Shown here one piece after another: positions 34,413 through 43,233 of a DNA stretch of 64,000 nt. Position numbers and translations under genes: made by a program. The notes under the pieces are model-generated. The model saw nothing but the letters and a program-made list of their open reading frames with translations, was not told the origin of the DNA and did no database searches. The number at the start of each line of letters is the position of its first letter. The stretch's first letter is position 1. The stretch is from a virus: IMG/VR virus record IMGVR_UViG_3300045988_152178. One strand, given 5' to 3'.

Positions 34413-34544
34413 ATGGAAATAAATTATAGAGATTATCCTCTGAGTATTTATAAGCATCCGGAGCTAATGGAAATGATGATTCCTACTCCAAAAGACTTCG
34501 GGCAGTATCTGTATAATAAACGTAATAGGAGAAGAAAGAAATGA
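34413..34544 (+). CDS. small basic protein (43 aa, below the track cut-off)
   Basis: TAAGCGTATGG junction upstream and an ATGA overlap downstream. Confidence 0.35.
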   Translation: MEINYRDYPLSIYKHPELMEMMIPTPKDFGQYLYNKRNRRRKK

Positions 34545-34798
34545 CGTTAGAGTTATCGATGGAAGAAAAGATAATCGTAACCGTTCTCTGGGCATTCACG
34601 ATATTCTTTCTGTTGTTGGTTTCCGGAATATTTGAAGGTAGGCATGAGCCTATAAAACCGCCAGATATTCCACCACCACCGCCGCTATCTCGCCCCCATC
34701 CTCTGCTATTCCGTCGCAGATCAAGATTAAGAACTAATAAACGAAAAAGATATGTTATACGAAGCAAAACAAGGAACAAAGGCTTACGAATACATTAA
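34541..34798 (+). CDS. small membrane protein with a Pro-rich and basic tail (85 aa)
   Basis: TM segment IIVTVLWAFTIFFLLLVSGIF, then PPDIPPPPPLSRP and an Arg/Lys tail. Confidence 0.45.
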   Translation: MTLELSMEEKIIVTVLWAFTIFFLLLVSGIFEGRHEPIKPPDIPPPPPLSRPHPLLFRRRSRLRTNKRKRYVIRSKTRNKGLRIH

Positions 34799-35300
34799 GG
34801 GTATTCTCGATGCTGAAGAAAAAGAGTATCAAGCCTATATAGAAAGGGTGAAGAAGGCTGTAGGCTTCGAGTTTAATAAGTATCGAGGTTATCAGCCTAA
34901 CAGTAGTTTGCTGCGAGAGTACGAAGTAACCGCTATCTGGGTACCATCCGAGCGATATGAAACGCTGGATAAGAAGATATGGAGAAAATTTGATGGTGTA
35001 AAACTGGAGGATGGCTATTATATAGCCGTAGCACCTAATAAGAGATACAAGCAGGGCAAGGCTATCGCTGCCGTGCTTGCCTCTTACCATGCTGTTACTG
35101 ATCATTTCAAGATATTGAAGGAACTGGACATAGAACTTCCTCAAGCTGCCTCTTTTTCCATCACTCAGCTTCTCCGTTGCTATGATCGTTACTTTGTATT
35201 CTTCGATGATAGCATTCGAGCCGAGAAATCCAATCCTGATTTCAAGGAAATCACGATAGGAGAGTATGAGGATCTTATTAATAGTGATAATGAAAAGTAG
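34752..35300 (+). CDS. hypothetical protein (182 aa)
   Basis: Long ORF. Confidence 0.7.
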   Translation: MLYEAKQGTKAYEYIKGILDAEEKEYQAYIERVKKAVGFEFNKYRGYQPNSSLLREYEVTAIWVPSERYETLDKKIWRKFDGVKLEDGYYIAVAPNKRYKQGKAIAAVLASYHAVTDHFKILKELDIELPQAASFSITQLLRCYDRYFVFFDDSIRAEKSNPDFKEITIGEYEDLINSDNEK

Positions 35301-35303
35301 CGT

Positions 35304-35765
35304 ATGGAGATAAATATAGAACAGGTAAAGGAGAAGATTGCAGGCTTTATTTTTGACCTTATTATAGAGTCGGGTAGTAAGTCTAAGTTCTTCCGTAAGT
35401 ACACCAACCATCGCTTCCGCAAGCAGTATGAACGGGTGGTAGATAGTTGCAATTATTATTGGATTTGCAGACGTAATTACGATTTGGAAAAAATGAATGG
35501 CAGGCTGCATGAGGAGATCGACGACTTACATTGCAGACTTCGTTTTATTCATGAAAGGGTGAAAGTCGTAGCTACGGAGTATCCCAAGAACATTTCTTGT
35601 CCTCACGGAGAAAAGGATGAAGAGAGCCACTGCCCTGTTAGAACAGATTCAACCGATTGCTGGTGCTGCCCAGGGTTCGTGTGTAGAGTACCCGAAAAAG
35701 GTACCATTATCTGTTGGAATAAGAACTTTGAACAGAGTGAGGATTTAGAAAATAAAGAAAAATAG
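35304..35765 (+). CDS. hypothetical protein with a C-terminal Cys cluster (153 aa)
   Basis: Seven Cys within 41 aa: CPHGEKDEESHCPVRTDSTDCWCCPGFVCRVPEKGTIIC. Lies directly upstream of the radical SAM gene. Confidence 0.65.
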   Translation: MEINIEQVKEKIAGFIFDLIIESGSKSKFFRKYTNHRFRKQYERVVDSCNYYWICRRNYDLEKMNGRLHEEIDDLHCRLRFIHERVKVVATEYPKNISCPHGEKDEESHCPVRTDSTDCWCCPGFVCRVPEKGTIICWNKNFEQSEDLENKEK

Positions 35766-35768
35766 CGT

Positions 35769-36767
35769 ATGGAAACAGAAACGAAAGAAACTCCTGTAAA
35801 GGGAGCATTGATTTACCAGCCGCGGGGTGCGGCTGGTGAATATGCTAAGTGGGCAATCAATCTATACCATGGTTGCTCTAATGGCTGCACATATTGTTAT
35901 AACCGCAGAGGGGTATTGAGCCACGTTTTTGGTGATAAGCCGGAACTGGCAGCACCTATCGTCAAGTCGCGCGACAGACAAATTAATTATTTCTTGGAAC
36001 GCAAAAAACTCACTGCGCACGATCCGATACCATACGGAGTTATCGAGAATTGCACCAATGTAGCTATTCTTTCTTTGATATACAATGATACAAGAATGAT
36101 TGGTATCTTTCGTCTGATAGAAGACGGAGGCGTATTCATGTCGTTTACATGTGACCCGCTCGATACTGACGAGAATGCGCAGCATTATACATTTGTCGCG
36201 GCAAAAAAACTTCTCGGATATGGCATTCCTGTAACGCTGTTGACTAAGAATGTAGCGTGGTTAAAGGAAGATAGCTGGAAGCTCCTTCTTGAAGAATATC
36301 CAAAACTTATCTGTTGTCAAAATCATCATGCACTCCTCACCATCGGTTTCACTATCACCGGTAAAGATGAGCTGGAGCCTAATGCTCCTTCTACAGAGAA
36401 GCGCATCGAAGCTTTACGCAAGTTGCACGATGAATACAAGATTAAGACCTTTGTATCTCTAGAGCCGATAACAAGTATTCATACTGCATCGGAAGTAATC
36501 AAGAAAACATACGAGACTGCGGACGAGATACGTATCGGTGCTCAATCTCCTATCAAGAAAGATAGATATGATCCCAACGAGTTTGTCGGTTTTATTGTTG
36601 CGGTTAAAACCCTGGCACGCGTTTTTGATTGCCGTTTTATGGTAAAGGACAGCATGTATAAACAGGCAGAAACTTTTGAAGGTGTTTATCGAGATTTGTG
36701 TGTCAGAAATCTTGATGAAATAAAAAAGATTTATAATTCAAAACAAAAAGAAAATGATGAAAAGTAA
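35769..36767 (+). CDS. Radical SAM enzyme (SplB / DNA-photolyase-like, COG1533-type N-terminus)
   Basis: CxxxCxxC cluster in INLYHGCSNGCTYCYNRRG. Length 332 aa. Confidence 0.7.
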   Translation: METETKETPVKGALIYQPRGAAGEYAKWAINLYHGCSNGCTYCYNRRGVLSHVFGDKPELAAPIVKSRDRQINYFLERKKLTAHDPIPYGVIENCTNVAILSLIYNDTRMIGIFRLIEDGGVFMSFTCDPLDTDENAQHYTFVAAKKLLGYGIPVTLLTKNVAWLKEDSWKLLLEEYPKLICCQNHHALLTIGFTITGKDELEPNAPSTEKRIEALRKLHDEYKIKTFVSLEPITSIHTASEVIKKTYETADEIRIGAQSPIKKDRYDPNEFVGFIVAVKTLARVFDCRFMVKDSMYKQAETFEGVYRDLCVRNLDEIKKIYNSKQKENDEK

Positions 36768-37410
36768 ATTGAAGTATTACGCTCAGGTTATCGGTGTTAA
36801 CCTGTTGGCGGCACTGGTACCTATCCTTGCCGTTGTCCTTATTTATGGTTTCGGCAAGCTGAAGAACATCTGTTCCCACCCTTGCGTTTTATCGCAGGAG
36901 ATATACGATTGCTGCCTGGAGGCAATCATCGTGGTGCTGGCTGGTTTCTCCGTTGGTCTTTTGCTCCTTGGCTGGGCTGATAACTGGAGAAAGGCAAAGC
37001 TCAGAGTTCTAAAAAGTAGAAAAGAGCGTGAGGAATTAGAATTGCGTGTCAAGTTAGAGGTAGAGCCTATCGAGGAGAGAACGGAGCAGAAGAATACGCC
37101 TGCGCTTGGCGATTCCGAGTTTGAGGATATTTCCGGTTTGACAGTTAAGGAGATTTACCACCTTTATCATGGCCGTGAAGTTCTGATTATGGCAGGTAGT
37201 GCGAAAAGAAATTTTCTCGGCCGTCTTGCTGGCTATGACAATGAAGGTTCTATCCTTTACATAGGTTTCACTCAATCCTGCCTTGGTCCTTATTCCCTAG
37301 AGGAAATAAACGATATACGTCGTAATCAGGATCCAGAAGTTAGCTACGTAGAGCCAGTACATAAAAGTTACGATTTCTGCATCTCTAGTCTTATCCGTAT
37401 TTATAAGTAA
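36754..37410 (+). CDS. membrane protein (218 aa)
   Basis: Two N-terminal TM segments (VIGVNLLAALVPILAVVLIYGF, IIVVLAGFSVGLLLLGW). Confidence 0.65.
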   Translation: MMKSKLKYYAQVIGVNLLAALVPILAVVLIYGFGKLKNICSHPCVLSQEIYDCCLEAIIVVLAGFSVGLLLLGWADNWRKAKLRVLKSRKEREELELRVKLEVEPIEERTEQKNTPALGDSEFEDISGLTVKEIYHLYHGREVLIMAGSAKRNFLGRLAGYDNEGSILYIGFTQSCLGPYSLEEINDIRRNQDPEVSYVEPVHKSYDFCISSLIRIYK

Positions 37411-37419
37411 AAAATAGTT

Positions 37420-38001
37420 ATGAAGAAAAATTATTTATTTGATGTTGATGGCTTGCTGCAGGTGCTGCAAGCCATCAAGGAGGGGAAGCCGGTGGAATAT
37501 CGCTTATTGGAGGAACCTGATTGGCGAGATTTCGACCCAGAGGATTGCGATATTGATACAGAGAACTGTAAGTATCGCGTTAAGCCTTGTGAGTATGGAG
37601 AGAATATTGGTACTATAGTTATTCGTCCGGAAGACTTGCAGGAAGGTATGATTTACCTCTTGACACACGGAGAGTACAACACGAAGGATAAAGATTTTAT
37701 CTGTGTAAAGAGTAATCTATGGCGTGAGAACAGGATTGTTACCTTTCACTTCTCATTGCAGAGTGCTGACGTTTGCGATACGCTTCAAGTGGGCGATGAT
37801 AATGTAGATGCCGCGCATAGCGAGCAGTCAAAAGGCTTTGCCAACATTATCGCTCCCTGTCTCGTTTCTAATAACTTTGATGGTGTAGAAATCCGCCTGG
37901 CATCCCTGGCTCAAGTCAAGATGCTGGAATCTAAACTGCGTGAAATCGGTTATGAGTTCAAGGACGGACAAATGAAAAAGATAGATGGGAACAAAGAGTA
38001 A
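37420..38001 (+). CDS. hypothetical protein (193 aa)
   Basis: Long ORF. N-terminus is paralogous to 30580. Confidence 0.7.
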   Translation: MKKNYLFDVDGLLQVLQAIKEGKPVEYRLLEEPDWRDFDPEDCDIDTENCKYRVKPCEYGENIGTIVIRPEDLQEGMIYLLTHGEYNTKDKDFICVKSNLWRENRIVTFHFSLQSADVCDTLQVGDDNVDAAHSEQSKGFANIIAPCLVSNNFDGVEIRLASLAQVKMLESKLREIGYEFKDGQMKKIDGNKE

Positions 38002-38200
38002 ACAAGCACCGCTCCTTACTAAGGAGCAGGTATCAGAGCTGCTTCTTCAGCAGTATTTGCGCGGCTGGAAATCGAACCCTACGTATATCGTAGAAAACCT
38101 TTACGTGTTCGACTGGGAGAGTGATATGCTCATCAAGACTCGAAGCGGATATTGGTATGAGGGGGAAGCCGTTGCTGGTTTCAAGAAATTTAAAAAGTAA
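37985..38200 (+). CDS. hypothetical protein (71 aa)
   Basis: ORF overlapping the previous stop by 17 nt. Confidence 0.45.
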   Translation: MGTKSKQAPLLTKEQVSELLLQQYLRGWKSNPTYIVENLYVFDWESDMLIKTRSGYWYEGEAVAGFKKFKK

Positions 38201-38212
38201 ATTGATAGCAAT

Positions 38213-38773
38213 ATGGATGATTACACAAAACGTAAGAATACAGAATCTGAGGAGAACTATACGCTTTACGCTGGACTTGGTTCAGAAGTTTTTATTGTTC
38301 CCCGAGAGCACCTTCTTAACGAAAGTGATGGTTCTATAAAAGATGGTTGGGAGAAATATGCAGTTTGTCTTGACGTTTCAGATAAAAAGGATGCCGTAAC
38401 GAGCTATTCAATATTCGAGAATGACGGAACCGCTGCACTCAAGATGAAATTTCATTTTTCATTTGATGCAGAATTAATAGATCTTCTTCGTGATGCTTGC
38501 GAGTTGACAAAATGCGTATTGCCATATCGCAGCCCTATTCCGTTTGCCGTGCGATATACGTACCCTTCATACAGAATCCCCGATGCCATGAAGCTGAAAA
38601 AGCCTTGGTGTCATTATCATCTGCCGGAGATACAAGCTCATTTTATAACTTATAGTAGCGGGGAAGTCCTGGTGTGCTTTATAATGGAAAGCGGAGATAT
38701 TGGAGCAATGTCATACCAGGAATACCGAAACTGTCTTAGTTACGAAAATGGGAAGAGGATAGCATTCCTGTAA
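38213..38773 (+). CDS. hypothetical protein (186 aa)
   Basis: Long ORF. Confidence 0.7.
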   Translation: MDDYTKRKNTESEENYTLYAGLGSEVFIVPREHLLNESDGSIKDGWEKYAVCLDVSDKKDAVTSYSIFENDGTAALKMKFHFSFDAELIDLLRDACELTKCVLPYRSPIPFAVRYTYPSYRIPDAMKLKKPWCHYHLPEIQAHFITYSSGEVLVCFIMESGDIGAMSYQEYRNCLSYENGKRIAFL

Positions 38774-38936
38774 ATTCCAGCAGGTATCGCATTCCTTACC
38801 CTAACATAGCAGCGCAAATGCGGAAAATAGGTAAAGCCTTTGAAGCTGATACTCCTTGTTCCGTAGGAATGCAGATGCAAATTTTCCTCGATAATTATCA
38901 TAAATCACATAAAATTATAGGCAGTATAGGTAAATT

Positions 38937-39359
38937 ATGGAAAAGAAAATATTGACCTTTCATCTTGCCGATGAGTGGTATCAGAAGATAGTTAGCGGCG
39001 AAAAGACAGAGGAGTATAGGGAGTGTTCTGTTTACTGGGTAATGCGTCTGATAGCAAAAGATGCACCCAATAGAATAAAATTGATATACAACATCAATAT
39101 TGCTCGTGAGAAGGGAGCATTCATGTACGGCTACGTCTGTCAAGGCGGTACCCATGCTTCCGATAGTCCGGAAGATAGAGCATATCGTCAGAAGGTATTG
39201 CAGCCCTATACTCATGTCCATTTCGTTTCCGGTTATCCAAAAGATAATCAGCCGTATATCGAGCGAGAGATTGATGAAATTACTGTAGGCAAGCCTAAAA
39301 AAGGCATGTGCCCTGAAGAGTGGCTTGATAAGTATATGTTCGTAATTAGATTTAAATAG
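38937..39359 (+). CDS. ASCH/PUA-like domain protein, copy 2
   Basis: LTFHLADEWYQKIVSGEKTEEYRE. By eye about 80 percent nucleotide identity to copy 1 at both ends. Confidence 0.5.
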   Translation: MEKKILTFHLADEWYQKIVSGEKTEEYRECSVYWVMRLIAKDAPNRIKLIYNINIAREKGAFMYGYVCQGGTHASDSPEDRAYRQKVLQPYTHVHFVSGYPKDNQPYIEREIDEITVGKPKKGMCPEEWLDKYMFVIRFK

Positions 39360-39367
39360 ATAAGCGT

Positions 39368-39703
39368 ATGATACTTGCACAATGTTTAAATTTACAGATC
39401 GTACTTTTAGCGATATTCGTTATATCCCTTATCGTGTTGATGGAGCAGATAGCTGAGTATTTTTACTTTAGAAATGAAAAGCGGATTAAGGTACGGTTTG
39501 ATGTGGTTCGTCAGCCCAGATATTTCAACGGTGAAAAGCTTCCGCATTTTTGTGACGATATTGAATACTTCGTCAAGTATAAGAAGTTTTGGTGGCAGAA
39601 ATATAAGTACATAACGGACAGTTGTGGTCGTCCGATAAAGTTTGCCAGTGTAGATGCAGCCAAAGAGTGTCTTAAAAAGGAAGGGTATAAATTATGGAAA
39701 TAG
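39368..39703 (+). CDS. membrane-anchored hypothetical protein (111 aa)
   Basis: The N-terminal TM segment is paralogous to the 30996 peptide. Confidence 0.6.
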   Translation: MILAQCLNLQIVLLAIFVISLIVLMEQIAEYFYFRNEKRIKVRFDVVRQPRYFNGEKLPHFCDDIEYFVKYKKFWWQKYKYITDSCGRPIKFASVDAAKECLKKEGYKLWK

Positions 39704-40116
39704 GAAACATAAAGTTTAAGGCTAAGCGTCTTGACAACGGAGAATGGGTAAAAGGCGACTTGGTACATAGCACAAGTTATGTTGGCATAAGTTACCCAAG
39801 TGATGAATTTTCTGATGTACCAATAGTGCATAGAGTTGACCCTTCTACCGTCTGCCAGTTTACAGGACTGAAAGACTGTGAAGGCAAAGAAATTTGGGAA
39901 GGCGATATTCTCGAACATACACAAAGCCACGCCCGATTTACGGTGATGTTCGACCGCGGTGCGTTCTTCATTCGGAGAAATGGCACAGAGAACACAGATT
40001 TATATCTGTTCGAGCTTTCAGAAAAAGATAGCTGCCTCCAGCTTTTTGAGGTTGTTGGCAACAAGTTCGATACAGGCAATAGTCTAGAAAGTATTTATAA
40101 ATCAAAGAAGCAATAG
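39694..40116 (+). CDS. YopX-family protein, copy 2
   Basis: The N-terminal 60 aa are nearly identical to copy 1. 146 nt match with one mismatch (39730-39875 versus 32134-32279). Confidence 0.7.
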   Translation: MEIGNIKFKAKRLDNGEWVKGDLVHSTSYVGISYPSDEFSDVPIVHRVDPSTVCQFTGLKDCEGKEIWEGDILEHTQSHARFTVMFDRGAFFIRRNGTENTDLYLFELSEKDSCLQLFEVVGNKFDTGNSLESIYKSKKQ

Positions 40117-40120
40117 TCGT

Positions 40121-40276
40121 ATGTACGGTGAAGTATATCAGTTCTGTGGTAATTGTTATTGGTACGATGTTGACGATGACCATCGTGCCTCTGCATGGTG
40201 TGTTAAACATAAGGAAAAAACATCATGTTTTGATGTTTGTATGGATCATAAATTTATATGGAAGGAAAAGAGATGA
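40121..40276 (+). CDS. small Cys-rich (zinc-ribbon-like) protein, copy 2 (51 aa, below the track cut-off)
   Basis: MYGEVYQFCGNCYWYDVDDDHRASAWCVKHKEKTSCFDVCMDH. Same Cys spacing as 34271. Confidence 0.5.
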   Translation: MYGEVYQFCGNCYWYDVDDDHRASAWCVKHKEKTSCFDVCMDHKFIWKEKR

Positions 40277-40806
40277 TAAAACTTACTCATGAGCAGATAC
40301 AGAAGATAGCGGAAGGTATCAATGTTATTTGCTTCAAGCGCAACCCCAAGGAGTCGGATGAATATGTGCTTTTGGAATATCCAAGAGTAGATGTTTTTCA
40401 TCAGTCTTGCATTTGGAAAGACCCGTCTTTTGATTATGATCATCAGAAGGAAGTAAAGCAAACGTTCCTTTCTTTCGAGGCAGAACATGCCTATGGCGCA
40501 AAGGAATTGTTCAAGCCCAGTCTTGCCGAAGTTATTCAGGCAATGCCTCTTGATTTAATAGGAAAGGTGAATGCTTTTACTATCAAATATGATGGTTTTA
40601 CAGAGGACTATTCCAAGCATAAGAGCGTTGTGACTCCTTATCTTATTGGAAAGAAGCAAAAAGTTTCTATCCCTCATCTCAGCAAGGAAGAGGATAAGAA
40701 GCTGCACCCTTCATCATTGAGGATAGGCGACCTTGTGGGCACCGTCATTGATAAGTTCTGTCAGGTAAGTATTGACAACATCATTCCAGATACTCTCAAC
40801 CTTTAG
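40273..40806 (+). CDS. hypothetical protein (177 aa from the ATGA-overlap start; the track start is 40258)
   Basis: The ATG at 40273 overlaps the TGA of the preceding small gene. Confidence 0.6.
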   Translation: MIKLTHEQIQKIAEGINVICFKRNPKESDEYVLLEYPRVDVFHQSCIWKDPSFDYDHQKEVKQTFLSFEAEHAYGAKELFKPSLAEVIQAMPLDLIGKVNAFTIKYDGFTEDYSKHKSVVTPYLIGKKQKVSIPHLSKEEDKKLHPSSLRIGDLVGTVIDKFCQVSIDNIIPDTLNL

Positions 40807-40940
40807 TCCGTGTACGAGGGTCCGATAGGTGACGCTCTCGCGATATGCCTGAATGCGCATTTCCGCCCGATAGAGATTGTCGCGGATTATGAGGATAGGA
40901 TACATTTAATCGTTAACTAAGCATTCTAAAGCAATAGACC

Positions 40941-41537
40941 ATGTTTGAAATATACGTTAAAATGAAGAAGAAAAAGTGCTGGAAGCTTGCTATAGAGGTT
41001 CCAAACGCTTGGGGTGGAATGCCTCACCTTTGGATGTATTTGGAAAAGAAATACCTTCCATCTTACGTACCGGTAGGAGCTGATGGGAAACCGCTGGATT
41101 TGGAATGGGTGAAGGAAAAACAGGCAAAAGGTGAATATGCAAGTCGATGGTTCTATGCTTCATCCAGAAAGGAGATCGAGGACCTACAGAAAGATTTCCG
41201 CTTAACTTATGAGGAAATGATGGTATTTAGATCTACCTTTGATTTTGCAAAGGTTTTAGGCGAGGATATACCAGTTTACCTTGAATGCTTAAAGGTTGTC
41301 GCTGATGAGTGTGGAGGTATATATCCACAACAATACAAAAAACTGAGTGCCTTTATTAAGGCTCACAGCATAAATGATATAGAGGTGATCGCTTTCAACC
41401 AGACAAGCGTAAACTGCGCCTGTGATTTCTTTGGCAACAGATACAATGAGCCAGCAGATAACTTCTGGGACTGTATGTGTCCAAAGGATTTTTATGACAA
41501 TCTTAGAAAAGATTGTGATACTAAAGACGCATTTTAA
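40941..41537 (+). CDS. hypothetical protein (198 aa)
   Basis: Long ORF. Confidence 0.7.
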   Translation: MFEIYVKMKKKKCWKLAIEVPNAWGGMPHLWMYLEKKYLPSYVPVGADGKPLDLEWVKEKQAKGEYASRWFYASSRKEIEDLQKDFRLTYEEMMVFRSTFDFAKVLGEDIPVYLECLKVVADECGGIYPQQYKKLSAFIKAHSINDIEVIAFNQTSVNCACDFFGNRYNEPADNFWDCMCPKDFYDNLRKDCDTKDAF

Positions 41538-41561
41538 TGATTTTAAATAGATATAAAATTT

Positions 41562-42776
41562 ATGAGTTTATACACAAAAGAAGAAAAGAAAAAATCCCTT
41601 TGGCATCCTATTACCGATGAGGATTTCAACATTGATTTCAGTAAGCCGTTTGTCGTTTGCGCGGAAGATATGTCTCTCTTTATCGTAGATGGTTTGCAGG
41701 ATTTGTATGAGAACTACATGGACCAAGAACAATTCTTCGATTTCAAGGCGCAAACCTTGTCTGAAGAAGGAAAAGAATATTTCCGAGATAATTACTTCGG
41801 CTATATGTATCTCGATGAAGATTTCTACAAGGCAATAGAATGGGCAAAGGGAAAGTACCTCGAAGACGTAAAAGGTGAACAAGAGAGACCAGTATTGTTC
41901 GCTATGGATAAATATGGACCAAAGGTGTTTGATCATTTCGGTTTCGAGATGAATGGTATTCCCTTATACGAAGGAACTCCTGAGATGAGCAGAGAGTTTG
42001 CTGCAAGTCATCCTGGGTTATATGATGTAGAGTATATCGTTAACTTAAATCGGGTTCCTGCAACCTCCCTCTATGCCCTATTTGTGGCTCCTCTTGATGA
42101 GCCTAAAATCGCTTATGTGGTAACATCGGGTAAGTATAGCGATTACCACGTCGATGGAGTGTTTTCTGATAAACAGAAAGCAAATTCGTTTGTTAACAAA
42201 GCCTATGATAGGGCTATTGAACGATATAATATTGATGACGAGGAGCAGCTTCGAGAGGAAAACTGGTACGGAATTGATGTTTTTATAAGTAAATCCTCAA
42301 AAGTCAAGAGCGTTCTTGTTAACGATTTATGCAAGTCTGATAGGTATTTCGATGCGGTAAGTTTTACGCTTAGAGAAGGTGCAGGTGATTGTTTTTCATT
42401 TTATCTGAAAGCTCTCAATCGCGACAAGGCAAAAGCAATAGCTTTAGAGCGTTTCCATGCTCTCTTGGCAGTAGAATCTTCTCATTTCCATATGTTAAGA
42501 TGGACGCGTGTTAGAACACCTTATTGCAGTTCTGATGGTTTCCAGGAAGGTCTCGTATTTGGGTATTTCGATTATAAGGCTTATCTAAGTAAGAGGACGG
42601 AGCGAGTACAAGACCTGTTTATGAAGATCAAAGATTCCTTACCTATTCCATTAACTGACGAGGACGAGGATCATATCGACTGGCAAAATCTTACAGAGTC
42701 CGTTTGTCTGCAGCTTATGGATAGTCATGGCTTAAAGGTAGAAATGAAAGAAGATTTGCCTATGGTGTTTATGTGA
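41562..42776 (+). CDS. hypothetical protein (404 aa)
   Basis: Long ORF. No family recognised. Confidence 0.75.
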   Translation: MSLYTKEEKKKSLWHPITDEDFNIDFSKPFVVCAEDMSLFIVDGLQDLYENYMDQEQFFDFKAQTLSEEGKEYFRDNYFGYMYLDEDFYKAIEWAKGKYLEDVKGEQERPVLFAMDKYGPKVFDHFGFEMNGIPLYEGTPEMSREFAASHPGLYDVEYIVNLNRVPATSLYALFVAPLDEPKIAYVVTSGKYSDYHVDGVFSDKQKANSFVNKAYDRAIERYNIDDEEQLREENWYGIDVFISKSSKVKSVLVNDLCKSDRYFDAVSFTLREGAGDCFSFYLKALNRDKAKAIALERFHALLAVESSHFHMLRWTRVRTPYCSSDGFQEGLVFGYFDYKAYLSKRTERVQDLFMKIKDSLPIPLTDEDEDHIDWQNLTESVCLQLMDSHGLKVEMKEDLPMVFM

Positions 42777-42810
42777 TTAGCAAGTAGTCTCTATAATTTA
42801 TAGAAAAGAT

Positions 42811-43173
42811 ATGATGATACAAATTCAAAATTGGGAGTCATCCCAAAAGATTATTATCGTGGATGAAATCAACCATGGTACCGTACAGGTGGAGATACCA
42901 AAGCCTGGACCATACAAGGATGAGTATTACCAGTATGCCGATTGCGCTATCTACAACCTTTGGGTAGATGAAAAATACCGCAAGCGGGGAACGGCTTGCC
43001 TCCTGATGGAGACCGCAGAGCGGGAAGCCAAGAAACTTGGCTGCAAATTAGTGCAACTGGAGTGGAACGATAAAGATACCGAGGTTTTCGTTCTCGAATG
43101 GTATAAACGCCTTGGCTATCATGTAAAGGCATTGAACGAAAACGATCGGCTGTTGCTGGTAAAGGAAATTTAA
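42811..43173 (+). CDS. GNAT-family N-acetyltransferase
   Basis: Motif A-like NLWVDEKYRKRGTACLLMETAEREAKKLGCKLVQLEW. Confidence 0.65.
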   Translation: MMIQIQNWESSQKIIIVDEINHGTVQVEIPKPGPYKDEYYQYADCAIYNLWVDEKYRKRGTACLLMETAEREAKKLGCKLVQLEWNDKDTEVFVLEWYKRLGYHVKALNENDRLLLVKEI

Positions 43174-43207
43174 AATCCTTTGTCCTCACCATTTAATATT
43201 AAATTAT

Positions 43208-43215
43208 TAACTTTG
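43208..43215 (+). promoter_or_regulatory. TAnnTTTG -7 box (TAACTTTG)
   Basis: 18 nt upstream of the ATG at 43234. Confidence 0.4.
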
Positions 43216-43233
43216 CAAACAGAAAATAAGAAT

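Noticed and set aside
37985-38339. Possible truncated PD-(D/E)XK nuclease (WESDMLIKTRSGYWYEGEA)
   Set aside because: Only a vague motif resemblance. No continuation in any overlapping frame looks like the rest of such a domain.
32098-39875. Near-identical 146-nt repeat pair as the template/variable repeats of a diversity-generating retroelement
   Set aside because: No reverse transcriptase is present in the window. The single difference is not part of an adenine-specific pattern. Both copies are the conserved N-terminal domain of YopX paralogs.
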